A DNA stretch of 64,000 nucleotides from assembly GCA_963701295.1 (NCBI GenBank), contig OY969585.1, positions 2,112,001-2,176,000 on the forward strand. Direction: 5' to 3'. This DNA comes from Ignavibacteriota bacterium. GTDB lineage: Bacteria > Bacteroidota > Ignavibacteria > UBA10030. Position 1 is the first letter of the stretch. Each line of letters starts with the position of its first letter. The notes below the pieces were generated by a model that did no database searches, had not been told where the DNA came from, and saw nothing but the letters and a program-made list of their open reading frames with translations. Below, one piece after another: positions 1 through 9,323 of the stretch. Position numbers and translations under genes: made by a program.

Positions 1-1
1 T

Positions 2-403
2 ATTGTTACCGTGTATGTCCTTGCGCATAGAAGCTTCTCGAACCACAGTGCCACGATCGATCCATTGCCATCATCGAAAGACCATGTGCTTGAAGTAGAG
101 GTGTTGGATGGTGCAGGGAACATGAAGGCTGCTCAATATGTGACAAATATTCTTCGCTCGCAGGGGTACGATGTCGTGGAGATGAAAAGAAACAACGATG
201 GAATGATCGAACGCACCTATGTGGTCGACCGTTCCGGGAATCTCGAAGCTGCACGAAAACTTGCAACGGCCCTTGGAATTGCCCAAGACAAAGTATTTCA
301 GAAAATTAACCGCAATGTGTATCTTGATGTGACAGTCATGGTTGGAAAAGATTTTTTCCGATTGAAGGTGTTTCAAGCATTGAATGAAAGGAGTAAACGT
401 TGA
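2..403 (+). CDS. LytR C-terminal domain-containing protein (5'-partial)
   Basis: Frame is open from the window edge. EVEVLDGAG...AA...LRSQGYDVV...T.VVDRSGN...A.KLA..LG...DVTVMVGKDF fits the LytR_C pattern. Directly upstream of rsfS. Confidence 0.75.
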   Translation: MVTVYVLAHRSFSNHSATIDPLPSSKDHVLEVEVLDGAGNMKAAQYVTNILRSQGYDVVEMKRNNDGMIERTYVVDRSGNLEAARKLATALGIAQDKVFQKINRNVYLDVTVMVGKDFFRLKVFQALNERSKR

Positions 404-810
404 TAGCAAGAACACTCGCAAAACGAATTGCCGACTTGATGATATCCAAGAAGGCACATGATGTTGTGATCTTGGATTTGAAAAAACTCACAAGCGCAGC
501 TGATTATTTCGTGATTTGCTCGACAGATTCCGATACGCAGGTGAAAGCCGTTGCGGACGCAGTGCGCGATGGAATGGAAGAATCCAATGAGCGCGTGTGG
601 CATTATGAAGGGTACCAAGCATTGAAATGGATTGTGCTGGATTATGTTGATGTCGTGGCACACATCTTCTATAAAGAAGATAGATCCTTCTATAACCTCG
701 AACGATTATGGGGTGATGCAAAGAAAACGGAAGTGAAAGATACAGTAGAAGCGTCTAAACCTGCAGCGAAAAAACGTCGAACAATCAGGCGTAAGTCATC
801 AAAGAAATAG
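400..810 (+). CDS. rsfS: Ribosome silencing factor RsfS (Iojap)
   Basis: KKAHDVVILDL...ADYFVICS...QVKAVAD...W.VLDYVDVVAHIF...R.FYNLERLWGDA. TTG start with AGGAG upstream. Confidence 0.95.
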   Translation: MIARTLAKRIADLMISKKAHDVVILDLKKLTSAADYFVICSTDSDTQVKAVADAVRDGMEESNERVWHYEGYQALKWIVLDYVDVVAHIFYKEDRSFYNLERLWGDAKKTEVKDTVEASKPAAKKRRTIRRKSSKK

Positions 811-915
811 CTCCTCAAAATATTTAGTAGAATAATTCCAGAGATTATTGATAAAGAAAGACGAAGGAAACGTTATTGCTCAGAATATTAATTTGTAAAA
901 AACAGCAGCGATATT

Positions 916-950
916 CCCTCTCCTCACAGGAGAGGGTTAGGGTGAGGTCA
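916..950. repeat. REP-like palindrome CCCTCTCCT-CAC-AGGAGAGGG with TTAGGGTGAGGTCA tail
   Basis: Perfect 9-bp stem at 916-936. The tail GGGTGAGGTCA recurs at 989-999. Confidence 0.75.
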
Positions 951-990
951 AAGAACAAGAGCCGCACAAAGTGAGCTTTGGCAAGCGGGG

Positions 991-1395
991 GTGAGGTCAT
1001 TTGTTGTGAAGAAACATCTTCTACAATATTCAAAAGCATTTGTACCAATTGCACGAGTGCTTCGAAAACAAATGACCGATGCTGAACGAAAACTGTGGTC
1101 GTTGCTGAGGGGAAATCAGTTAGGCGTAAAATTCCGTCGGCAAGTTCCTTGTAGTCATTATGTTGTCGACTTCTACTGTGATAAGGCGAAGCTTATTATT
1201 GAACTTGACGGTAGCCAACATTATACAAACAAAGGGATGCAAAATGATATTGAATGATATAGTTACTTGCTTGGAATTGGCTGTGAAGTAATTCGACATT
1301 CCAATTTTGAAATCCTCGAAAATGAAGATGGGGTAATGCAGGATATCTTTGAACATGTGAAATTGCGAACAGGCAAGTTTTTGGACCCCCTGTAG
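991..1395 (+). pseudogene. DUF559 (Vsr-like) endonuclease interrupted by an in-frame TGA
   Basis: ARVLRKQMTDAERKLW..LRG.QLGVKFRRQ.P...YVVDFYC..AKLIIELDGSQH. After TGA at 1255-1257 the same frame continues YSYLLGIGCEVIRHSNFEILENEDGVMQDI, matching the DUF559 C-terminus, to TAG at 1393-1395. Confidence 0.85.
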
Positions 1396-1413
1396 TCCCC
1401 CTTAGAGGGGGAC
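1384..1413. repeat. REP-like palindrome GTCCCCCT-TAG-AGGGGGAC preceded by GACCCCC
   Basis: Perfect 8-bp stem at 1395-1413. Its tail is oriented inversely to that of the 916-950 element. Confidence 0.65.
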
Positions 1414-1507
1414 AGAGTAAGAGCAGAGCAATTAGATCAAACTGTCCTTATATCAAATATTTTTTATTTAACTTAATAGTCAACAAAGAAAAAACAAGCT
1501 GAAAAAA

Positions 1508-3160
1508 ATGAAGAAGTACCTCACTGAAAAAGTCGGTGCAGCCCTTCATTCGCTTTCGTATGAAGGTCTTGCAGCACTAACGTTTGAAAAGCCGAAGGAT
1601 GAGACGCACGGCGACATAACAACGAATGTCGCTATGCTCCTTGCAAAATCAGCAAAGAAGAATCCGCGTGGGGTTGCACAGGAGATTCTTGGCAAGCTAG
1701 ATGTAGATCCGAAATACATTTCAAAAGTTGAGATTGCCGGACCTGGTTTTATCAATTTCCGATTTACAGAAGAATTTTTTACTGCGCAGATCGGTTCTAT
1801 AGTACAAAATCCGGCAACGTTTGGAAGAACAGACGTTGGTGGTGGAAAAAAGACACAGGTGGAATATGTCAGTGCTAATCCGACAGGCCCTCTCAGCGTT
1901 GGTCACGGACGTCAAGCGGCTCTTGGAGATACGATAGCCAATCTTCTCGTATGGGCAGGATATGATGTTACCCGCGAGTACTATTATAACAATGCAGGCA
2001 GGCAGATGCGTATGCTTGCGGAGTCAACGTATGCGAGGTACCGGCAGCTTTTCGATCCGGCATTCTCATTTCCTGAAGATGGTTATCAGGGTGACTATAT
2101 CCGGGAGATTGCAGAGGATTTAAGAAAAGAACGCAGTGATTCTATTGTTTCTTTGCAGCAGGAAGAGGCGCTCTCAGCATGCAAGGAATTTGCCGAGCGT
2201 GCATTATTTGAAGCTATCAAGAAGGTACTCGCGCGGATGGGAGTTGTGCATGATGTGTTTTTCAACGAAGATTCGCTTTATAGCAGCGGGAAAATTCAAG
2301 AAGTCATTCAGGAGTTACGCACGAAAGAACTTGCGTACGATCTAGATGGTGCCGTTTGGCTAAAGACAACAGCATTAGGACTTGACCAGGATCGTGTTAT
2401 AGTCAAGTCCACAGGCGAGCCGACATATCGCTTGCCGGATATTGCATATCACCGGGAAAAATTTAAACGCGGGTTCGATCTGATCGTTGATGTGTTCGGT
2501 GCGGATCACATAGCAACTATTCCTGATGTTTTAGCCGGAGTGAAAGCCCTTGGGTATGACCCGGAAAAAGTGAAGGTTGTCATTCATCAATTTGTAACGT
2601 TAGTACGTGATGGCGAGCAAGTGAAGATGTCTAAACGGTTGGCAAATTTTGTCACACTCGATGAGTTAATTGACGAAGTCGGCTCAGATGCTGTAAGGTT
2701 CTTCTTTTTGATGCGTTCCACATCAAGCCATTTGGAATTCGATTTAAATCTTGCAAAAGAGCAATCGGAAAAGAATCCAGTCTATTACCTGCAATATGCT
2801 CATGCACGTATTGCCAGTATCCTTCGTTTTGCAGAAGGGCAGGGAACATTCAGCATGGCGGATTCCTTTGTCGACATAGAATACAATCTGTTGAAAGGTT
2901 CGACCGAAATTGCACTTGTGAAGCTGCTTCTTGAGTTCCCGGAAACCGTTGAGCTGTGCGCGATAAGCTTCGAACCACACCGGCTGACCACCTATTTGCA
3001 CGATGTCGCCACAGCGTTCCACAAGTTTTATCATGAGCACCGAGTTGTTATCCCAGAAATCGAGCTTGCAAAGGCACGCCTTGCTTTATGTTCGGCAACA
3101 AAGACTGTGCTTGCAAATGGATGCAAAATATTAGGTATTTCTGCTCCCGAACGGATGTAA
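1508..3160 (+). CDS. argS: Arginine--tRNA ligase
   Basis: VEYVSANPTGPLSVGHGRQA, KMSKR, NPVYYLQYAHARIASI, C-terminal GISAPERM. Confidence 0.97.
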   Translation: MKKYLTEKVGAALHSLSYEGLAALTFEKPKDETHGDITTNVAMLLAKSAKKNPRGVAQEILGKLDVDPKYISKVEIAGPGFINFRFTEEFFTAQIGSIVQNPATFGRTDVGGGKKTQVEYVSANPTGPLSVGHGRQAALGDTIANLLVWAGYDVTREYYYNNAGRQMRMLAESTYARYRQLFDPAFSFPEDGYQGDYIREIAEDLRKERSDSIVSLQQEEALSACKEFAERALFEAIKKVLARMGVVHDVFFNEDSLYSSGKIQEVIQELRTKELAYDLDGAVWLKTTALGLDQDRVIVKSTGEPTYRLPDIAYHREKFKRGFDLIVDVFGADHIATIPDVLAGVKALGYDPEKVKVVIHQFVTLVRDGEQVKMSKRLANFVTLDELIDEVGSDAVRFFFLMRSTSSHLEFDLNLAKEQSEKNPVYYLQYAHARIASILRFAEGQGTFSMADSFVDIEYNLLKGSTEIALVKLLLEFPETVELCAISFEPHRLTTYLHDVATAFHKFYHEHRVVIPEIELAKARLALCSATKTVLANGCKILGISAPERM

Positions 3161-3169
3161 AGGAGAGCA

Positions 3170-3196
3170 TTGACATTCGTCTAATTTTTCTATAAT
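3170..3196 (+). promoter_or_regulatory. Sigma70-like promoter for the polysaccharide operon
   Basis: Perfect TTGACA (3170-3175) and TATAAT (3191-3196), but the spacer is only 15 bp. Confidence 0.5.
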
Positions 3197-3394
3197 TTTT
3201 CATCAACAAAAACAAAAAAGGTTACCTACTCCCGCCATTGATACTGCGTTTGTTTTACTGCTTATAGTTGATCGAATATTCAAGTACACATCTGAAAAGA
3301 TGTATTTCGTTTTTACTTAAGAATAGTGATGCTGCTAAGACTGTCGTGTTTTGAAATGCGGTCATTCTTTTGTAAATTTATTTTTAAACAGGCT

Positions 3395-3874
3395 ATGATA
3401 ACCTTCAAAAATGGTAAAATTCACGATGTTGTAATTCGCAATCTGATGAAATATCAGGATAAGCGCGGATGGTTGATGGAATTATTTCGTAGCGATGAAA
3501 TAGCGGAAGAATTTCTGCCAGCTATGTCGTATATTTCGCAGACAGAACCGGGAGTGGCTCGCGGACCCCACGAACATAAAGATCAAGCAGATTTGTTCTG
3601 TTTTGTCGGGCCTTCAATGTTTCGGCTGTATTTATGGGACGCACGAAAACAATCTCCAACATTTGAATATAGAATGGTATTGGATGCGGGCGAACTAAAG
3701 CCGCAAGCGGTTATTGTTCCGGCAGGAGTCGTTCATGCTTATCGCAATGTGGGAAGTGTTCAGGGATGGGTTGTGAATTTACCGAACAGGCTCTATGCAG
3801 GGGAAAAACGCAAAGAAATGGTCGATGAAATTCGGCATGAAAGCGATCCGAATTCACCATATCAACTGGATTAA
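3395..3874 (+). CDS. rmlC: dTDP-4-dehydrorhamnose 3,5-epimerase family protein
   Basis: D.RGWLMELFR...PGVARGPHEH...D.RK.SPT...VIVPAGVVHAY cupin. ATG at 3395 chosen over the longer ORF start. Confidence 0.8.
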   Translation: MITFKNGKIHDVVIRNLMKYQDKRGWLMELFRSDEIAEEFLPAMSYISQTEPGVARGPHEHKDQADLFCFVGPSMFRLYLWDARKQSPTFEYRMVLDAGELKPQAVIVPAGVVHAYRNVGSVQGWVVNLPNRLYAGEKRKEMVDEIRHESDPNSPYQLD

Positions 3875-3880
3875 GAATCG

Positions 3881-4915
3881 ATGAATCTTTTAGTAACAGG
3901 TGGTGCGGGTTTTATTGGAAGTAATTTTATCCGGCATATTATAAATAAATATCCGGAATACCGCGTCATCAATCTTGATAAGCTTACGTACGCAGGTAAT
4001 TTAGAGAACTTGACCGGTGTCGATAAAGATCCTCGCTATGCGTTTGAAAAAGGGGATATTTGTGATAAAGCGCGAGTCCAACTTTGTGTAATGCGATATG
4101 AAATTGACGCGATAATAAATTTTGCTGCGGAATCGCATGTTGATCGCAGCATCCTTGGAGCTGCGGAGTTTGTGCAGACGAATATCGTTGGCACACATGT
4201 GTTGCTGGAAGTCGCAAAAGAATTGAAGATCAAGCGGTTCCTGCAAGTTTCTACCGATGAGGTGTACGGATCACTTGGATTGACAGGACTTTTCATTGAA
4301 GATACACCATTGCATCCGAACAGCCCGTATTCCGCCAGCAAAGCTTCCGCTGACATGCTCGCGCTGGCGTATCAACATACGTTTGGCTTGCCGGTTGTGT
4401 TGACTCGCTGCTCAAATAATTACGGACCATATCAATTTCCGGAAAAGCTGATCCCACTCATGATTGCAAACGCCATCAATGATAAACCACTGCCGGTGTA
4501 TGGCGATGGTATGAACATCCGAGATTGGCTTCATGTGAAAGATCATTGTTCAGCTATTGATGAAGTGCTTCATCGAGGGCGAATCGGTGAAGTATACAAT
4601 ATCGGCGGAAACAACGAAAAACCGAACATTGAAATTGTTAGACTAATTTTACAAAACCTTGGAAAACCGGAATCGCTGATCACATATGTAAAAGATCGTC
4701 TTGGCCACGACCGGAGGTACGCTATTGATTCGAGCAAGATTCAACGTGAACTTGGCTGGCAGCCTTTGTACACATTCGAGCAAGGCATTGCGGAAACGAT
4801 CAAATGGTATATGAACAACCAGACTTGGTGGAAACGAATTATGAGCGGCGAATATAAAGAATACTATAAGCTTTTATACGGCGGTAGGGAAGTAGTGAAA
4901 AAGGTAGGGAATTGA
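3881..4915 (+). CDS. rmlB: dTDP-glucose 4,6-dehydratase
   Basis: [56 protein letters not shown]. Confidence 0.96.
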   Translation: MNLLVTGGAGFIGSNFIRHIINKYPEYRVINLDKLTYAGNLENLTGVDKDPRYAFEKGDICDKARVQLCVMRYEIDAIINFAAESHVDRSILGAAEFVQTNIVGTHVLLEVAKELKIKRFLQVSTDEVYGSLGLTGLFIEDTPLHPNSPYSASKASADMLALAYQHTFGLPVVLTRCSNNYGPYQFPEKLIPLMIANAINDKPLPVYGDGMNIRDWLHVKDHCSAIDEVLHRGRIGEVYNIGGNNEKPNIEIVRLILQNLGKPESLITYVKDRLGHDRRYAIDSSKIQRELGWQPLYTFEQGIAETIKWYMNNQTWWKRIMSGEYKEYYKLLYGGREVVKKVGN

Positions 4916-4976
4916 TTTAATATTAATCAATTAATTCTTGCCACAATGAAGTGAAACAATCTTGCCGAGATAATTT

Positions 4977-6440
4977 ATGAAGACATTCATGAAATGTAAC
5001 ATAGTAATATTTTTTCTTTATATAAGCGGGTCGCCGTTATGGGCGCAAACGATGGATGCCGTCAAGTCTTCTTCGTATGATCCGGCAAAAATGTTTCAGT
5101 CTGATCAGACACAATCGTCCCAGACACGGAAAATTTCGGTTGCTGTGACCGGTGCGGTGAAAAATCCTGGGACATATATTTTGAATTCATCGGATAGAGT
5201 GGATAGGGCTATTCAATTGGCCAACTTATATGATCTATCTAAGCAGGGCGATAAAGTTGATAGATCTAGCCAATTGGACAAAGACGATCAGCAGCTAGAT
5301 AAATTTAATCCAGACGAAATACATATATTAGATATAAAAGAAAAACCAAGGAGAAATATTCTTCTTCATCGCCGAACAGGAGAGATAATAAAAGTTGATA
5401 TCCTAAAATATTTTACGACAAAAGATGAGCATTGGAATCCATTCCTTTTTGATGGGGATATAATTTTTGTGCCGAGGTTTGAAGAGAAGAAAGATCTTTT
5501 TGCCGTCTATGGAGGTGTCAATGTTCCCGGACAAATTGAATATTCGGAAGGCGATCGTGTTACAGATGCGATTCAATTGGCTTACGGTTTTACATCAAGG
5601 GCGATAGTCGACAGTGTTGTCATCTATCGCTACGATGAAGACAATCAGCCGTTGAAGGAGCAAGTGATTCGTTGGACGCAAATTCAGACTGTCGAAAGTG
5701 AAAATGTTAAGCTTCAGCCGGGTGATAGAATTATTGTCCCAGAGCGTGAAGATTTGCGTGAAGATTATCATGTTACCATTTCCGGTGAAGTGCGTTTTCC
5801 CGGTGTGTACCCGATAACAAGAGAGCAGACAAAATTATCAGCCATAATTCATAAAGCAGGTGGACCAACTCAATATGCATCATTGAAATCGGCATTATTG
5901 TATCGGAATGAAATTGTCCCTAAAGAACTCCAGATAGAACAGATTATTGGTATGCGGGGAATTAATTCTATAGATGATAGTTCTAATTTTAGATTAGAGA
6001 ATGAATTACGCTTGCGCCGGGGAGTTGTTAATGTTGGTTTTGAAAAGCTGCTCATTGATCATGACACTACACAGGATGTGGTGTTGCACACAGGAGATTA
6101 TATTGATATTCCATCGAGAGTTATGACGGTATATGTGTATGGTCAGGTTGTTGTCCCGGGGAGAGTTCCATTTGTCCAAGGAGAAAATGTGGAACACTAT
6201 ATTAAGAAGGCCGGCGGCTATACAGAACATGCACAAAGAAGCGATGTTATGGTGGTTAAACGGGGGTCACGGCAGTGGTTGTCGCCTTCTGAGACAGAGG
6301 TTGAAGAAGGCGATTACATTTGGATTCCAAAAGAATTGGATAAGTCATCCACCTATTACTTGAATATCATCGGACAGACAGCTTCAATTATTAGTGTAGC
6401 GGTGAGTATAGTGTTGCTTACAATACAGTTAAAAAAATAA
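4977..6440 (+). CDS. SLBB-repeat polysaccharide export protein (Wza/KpsD-like)
   Basis: Signal peptide. Repeated V.G.V..PG.Y...D....AI..A.G and GD.I.VP motifs. C-terminal hydrophobic helix. Confidence 0.85.
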   Translation: MKTFMKCNIVIFFLYISGSPLWAQTMDAVKSSSYDPAKMFQSDQTQSSQTRKISVAVTGAVKNPGTYILNSSDRVDRAIQLANLYDLSKQGDKVDRSSQLDKDDQQLDKFNPDEIHILDIKEKPRRNILLHRRTGEIIKVDILKYFTTKDEHWNPFLFDGDIIFVPRFEEKKDLFAVYGGVNVPGQIEYSEGDRVTDAIQLAYGFTSRAIVDSVVIYRYDEDNQPLKEQVIRWTQIQTVESENVKLQPGDRIIVPEREDLREDYHVTISGEVRFPGVYPITREQTKLSAIIHKAGGPTQYASLKSALLYRNEIVPKELQIEQIIGMRGINSIDDSSNFRLENELRLRRGVVNVGFEKLLIDHDTTQDVVLHTGDYIDIPSRVMTVYVYGQVVVPGRVPFVQGENVEHYIKKAGGYTEHAQRSDVMVVKRGSRQWLSPSETEVEEGDYIWIPKELDKSSTYYLNIIGQTASIISVAVSIVLLTIQLKK

Positions 6441-6498
6441 ATTAAGCATATCATTATTGTTTTCAAATAAAAACGGGTGAAGGCTTAGAAAAGATATT

Positions 6499-7761
6499 AT
6501 GATTAAAAAAACGGATGAAATTACTAAACTAAAAGCAGATGATGAGGCATCAGCAAATGTCCTCATAGATTTTCTTTCTATTATCATAAGGTATAGAAAA
6601 TTTATTTCTCGTTTTATTCTGTTTATTACAGTGGTTACAACAATTATTGCTTTGCTTTTGCCTAAATGGTACAAGTCCACGGCGTCTGTCTTTCCCGCTG
6701 AAAAAGCCGACCTTTTGGGAGGGTTAGAAGGTATCTCATCTCTTGCAAAATCTTTGTCACCGGTCAAGGCGCTAGGTTCTCTTGGATCAAATCTAGAAAC
6801 AGATCGATACCTTGCAATTTTGAAAAGTGGTACTGTGTTAACGGCTGTTATCAAAAAATATGATTTGGTACATGTTTATGATATTACATCTTATCCGGGT
6901 GAGAATACTATCAAAGAATTACTCACGAATGTTGAGTTTAAAGTGGAAGATGAAGGAAATTTAGTCATCTCGGTGTACGATGAAGATCCGCAGCGAGCAG
7001 CCGATATGGCAAATTACTTTATAGAAATGTTGAATAAAACTAATACGGAATTACAAATACAAAATGCACATGGAAACAGACAATTTATTGAAGAACGATA
7101 TAAGAAGAACCTGGTTGATCTTGCAGCAGCAGAAGATTCTTTCAAGATATTTCAAAAAAAATATGGTGTTATTGCATTACCAGAGCAAACTGAGGCGTCA
7201 ATTAAAGCGGCAGCGGAGATTACGGGGCAGCTTGCTCTTAAAGAAGTCCAGGCAAACGTGCTTCGCAGAACTCAATCAGCAGACAATCCATCTGTGATAG
7301 CAACACAAATTGAAATTGATGAATTCCGGAACAAATTATCACAAATGAATAGTGGATTACATGTTCCCAAGAACGAGATGAATGTTTTTGTCCCGTTTAG
7401 CAAAATTCCGGATCTTGGTAGTGAATATATTAGAAAATTTCGCGAAGTTGAAATTCAGTATAAAATTCTTCAATTAATTACACCACTCTATGAACAAGCT
7501 AAAGTCGAGGAAAATCGACAAACGCCATCTGTTTTGATACTTGATAAAGCGTTTCCAGCTGAACGAAAATCGAAACCAAAAGTATCTGTCTATATGCTGC
7601 TATCGTTTTTTATATCTATGGCTATGGCCATTCTTATGGTTTTTATATATGTATGGATACAAAGACTTTATGCTCTTGATTCGGATCGATTCAAAACAAT
7701 TATCAGCGTCTTACGATCTGATTGGCTCGGCTTAAAATGGAAGCGTAATGTTAGGGAATAA
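6499..7761 (+). CDS. Polysaccharide co-polymerase (Wzz/GumC family), copy 1
   Basis: N-terminal TM + PKWYKSTASV, coiled coil, VLILDKAFPAERKSKPK + C-terminal TM. Confidence 0.85.
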   Translation: MIKKTDEITKLKADDEASANVLIDFLSIIIRYRKFISRFILFITVVTTIIALLLPKWYKSTASVFPAEKADLLGGLEGISSLAKSLSPVKALGSLGSNLETDRYLAILKSGTVLTAVIKKYDLVHVYDITSYPGENTIKELLTNVEFKVEDEGNLVISVYDEDPQRAADMANYFIEMLNKTNTELQIQNAHGNRQFIEERYKKNLVDLAAAEDSFKIFQKKYGVIALPEQTEASIKAAAEITGQLALKEVQANVLRRTQSADNPSVIATQIEIDEFRNKLSQMNSGLHVPKNEMNVFVPFSKIPDLGSEYIRKFREVEIQYKILQLITPLYEQAKVEENRQTPSVLILDKAFPAERKSKPKVSVYMLLSFFISMAMAILMVFIYVWIQRLYALDSDRFKTIISVLRSDWLGLKWKRNVRE

Positions 7762-9295
7762 CAACTCGATGACCTCAGCAAGAGTAGGGAATGGTCTTCG
7801 AGCCCATAATATTTTGCTCAATATAATGGGACAAATTATTCCCATTTTTATCGGAATAATTGCGATACCGTTTATTGTTCATGGATTGGGGGTTGAGGGT
7901 TTCGGGATCCTTTCACTTGCTTGGATGATTCTTGGATATTTCGCCATCTTTGATTTGGGATTAGGACGTGCTACAACAAAATTTATCTCAGAGGAATTAA
8001 AAAACGGAATAACTGGAAACCTTCGAAGTTTATTTTGGACTTCATGCTGGATGAACCTCATTCTGGGACTTATTGGTGGACTTTTAATTGCCAGTATGGC
8101 TTCTTTTCTTGCTGAAAGTGTTTTTAAAATTTCTCCAGGATTGATTCAAAAGACAAGAACGATATTCTTTATGCTTGCCATTTCTTGTCCTATTATTCTT
8201 GTTACTACGGCGTTCAGAGGTACGCTTGAAGCTGCCCAGCAGTTCAAGTACGTAAATATAGTTATCGCTATATTTAGTTCATTATCTTTTCTCCTACCGG
8301 TTATCGGAATCGTTGTAGGGTTCGATATTCAGAGGATTATTGTTCTTTTAATGATTTCTAGATTGTGTGGTGCGTTGGTGTACCTCCTTTTATGTTTTCG
8401 AGTGTTTCCCATACTTAGAATGAATATCTCTTTTGAATCCAACCGAGTTTGCCGATTACTCAAATTTGGAGGATGGGTCAGCATATCTAATTTAGTGAGT
8501 CCTATTTTGTTCTACCTTGACCGTTTTCTCATTGGATCACTGATTTCGGTTACTGCGGTTGCATATTATACTGCACCTTATGAAATGGTAATGAGGTTAT
8601 CAATCCTGCCGGTGAGCTTTGCAATGACGTTGTTCCCTTCATTTAGTGCTGTGGCTGTTGCTGTACGTGAAAGTCAGACGGGTTTGTATTCTCGCTCAGT
8701 AAAAATGCTTCTCATATTAATAGGTCCTCTTGTTGCTTTAGTGATCTTGTTTGCCGTCGATATCCTGCGTTTATGGTTAGGTTTACAATTTGCAGAAAAC
8801 AGCACTCTTGTTCTTCAAATCTTGACAATTGGTATGTTATTAAACTCCTTAGCGCAAATTCCATTTGCTCTTATTCAGGGATTCGGACGTCCCGACTTAA
8901 CAGCTAAATTTCATTTAGCTGAATTATTGTTGTACGCTCCGCTTACTTGGTTCCTAGTGAAAAACATGGGGATTGTTGGAGGAGCAATAGCATGGACTAT
9001 CCGAGTTACATTTGATGCACTGCTTCTTTTTTTAGCCTCAATAAAATTTATCAATATTCAGAAATTCCTTGATATAAGATTGAAACGTTGCATTGTTCTA
9101 GTATTTTTCTTGTTGTGTATTTTGATTGGATCGTCTCTTCTTGGCGGAACATTATTTACCAAAATGGTTATTTCTGTAGGGATAATAACTCTTTATGCTG
9201 TTGCTTCATGGTATCATGTATTGGATGTCGGAGAGAGGGAATTGATTAGCTCTATAGCTTGTAGATTTGTTGGTATATCAGGAGGAGCGATATAA
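7748..9295 (+). CDS. wzx: Wzx-type flippase
   Basis: About 14 hydrophobic segments. LG.EGFGILSL...FDLGLGRATTKF, LDRFLIGSL...VAYYTAPYEM. Confidence 0.88.
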   Translation: MLGNNNSMTSARVGNGLRAHNILLNIMGQIIPIFIGIIAIPFIVHGLGVEGFGILSLAWMILGYFAIFDLGLGRATTKFISEELKNGITGNLRSLFWTSCWMNLILGLIGGLLIASMASFLAESVFKISPGLIQKTRTIFFMLAISCPIILVTTAFRGTLEAAQQFKYVNIVIAIFSSLSFLLPVIGIVVGFDIQRIIVLLMISRLCGALVYLLLCFRVFPILRMNISFESNRVCRLLKFGGWVSISNLVSPILFYLDRFLIGSLISVTAVAYYTAPYEMVMRLSILPVSFAMTLFPSFSAVAVAVRESQTGLYSRSVKMLLILIGPLVALVILFAVDILRLWLGLQFAENSTLVLQILTIGMLLNSLAQIPFALIQGFGRPDLTAKFHLAELLLYAPLTWFLVKNMGIVGGAIAWTIRVTFDALLLFLASIKFINIQKFLDIRLKRCIVLVFFLLCILIGSSLLGGTLFTKMVISVGIITLYAVASWYHVLDVGERELISSIACRFVGISGGAI

Positions 9296-9323
9296 GAGGT
9301 GTTGAAAGTATTCGATTTGAATT

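Noticed and set aside
1255-1257. TGA as selenocysteine or an alternative genetic code
   Set aside because: The position corresponds to Arg, not Cys or Trp, and TGA serves as a normal stop in many genes here (efp, yggS, wecB).
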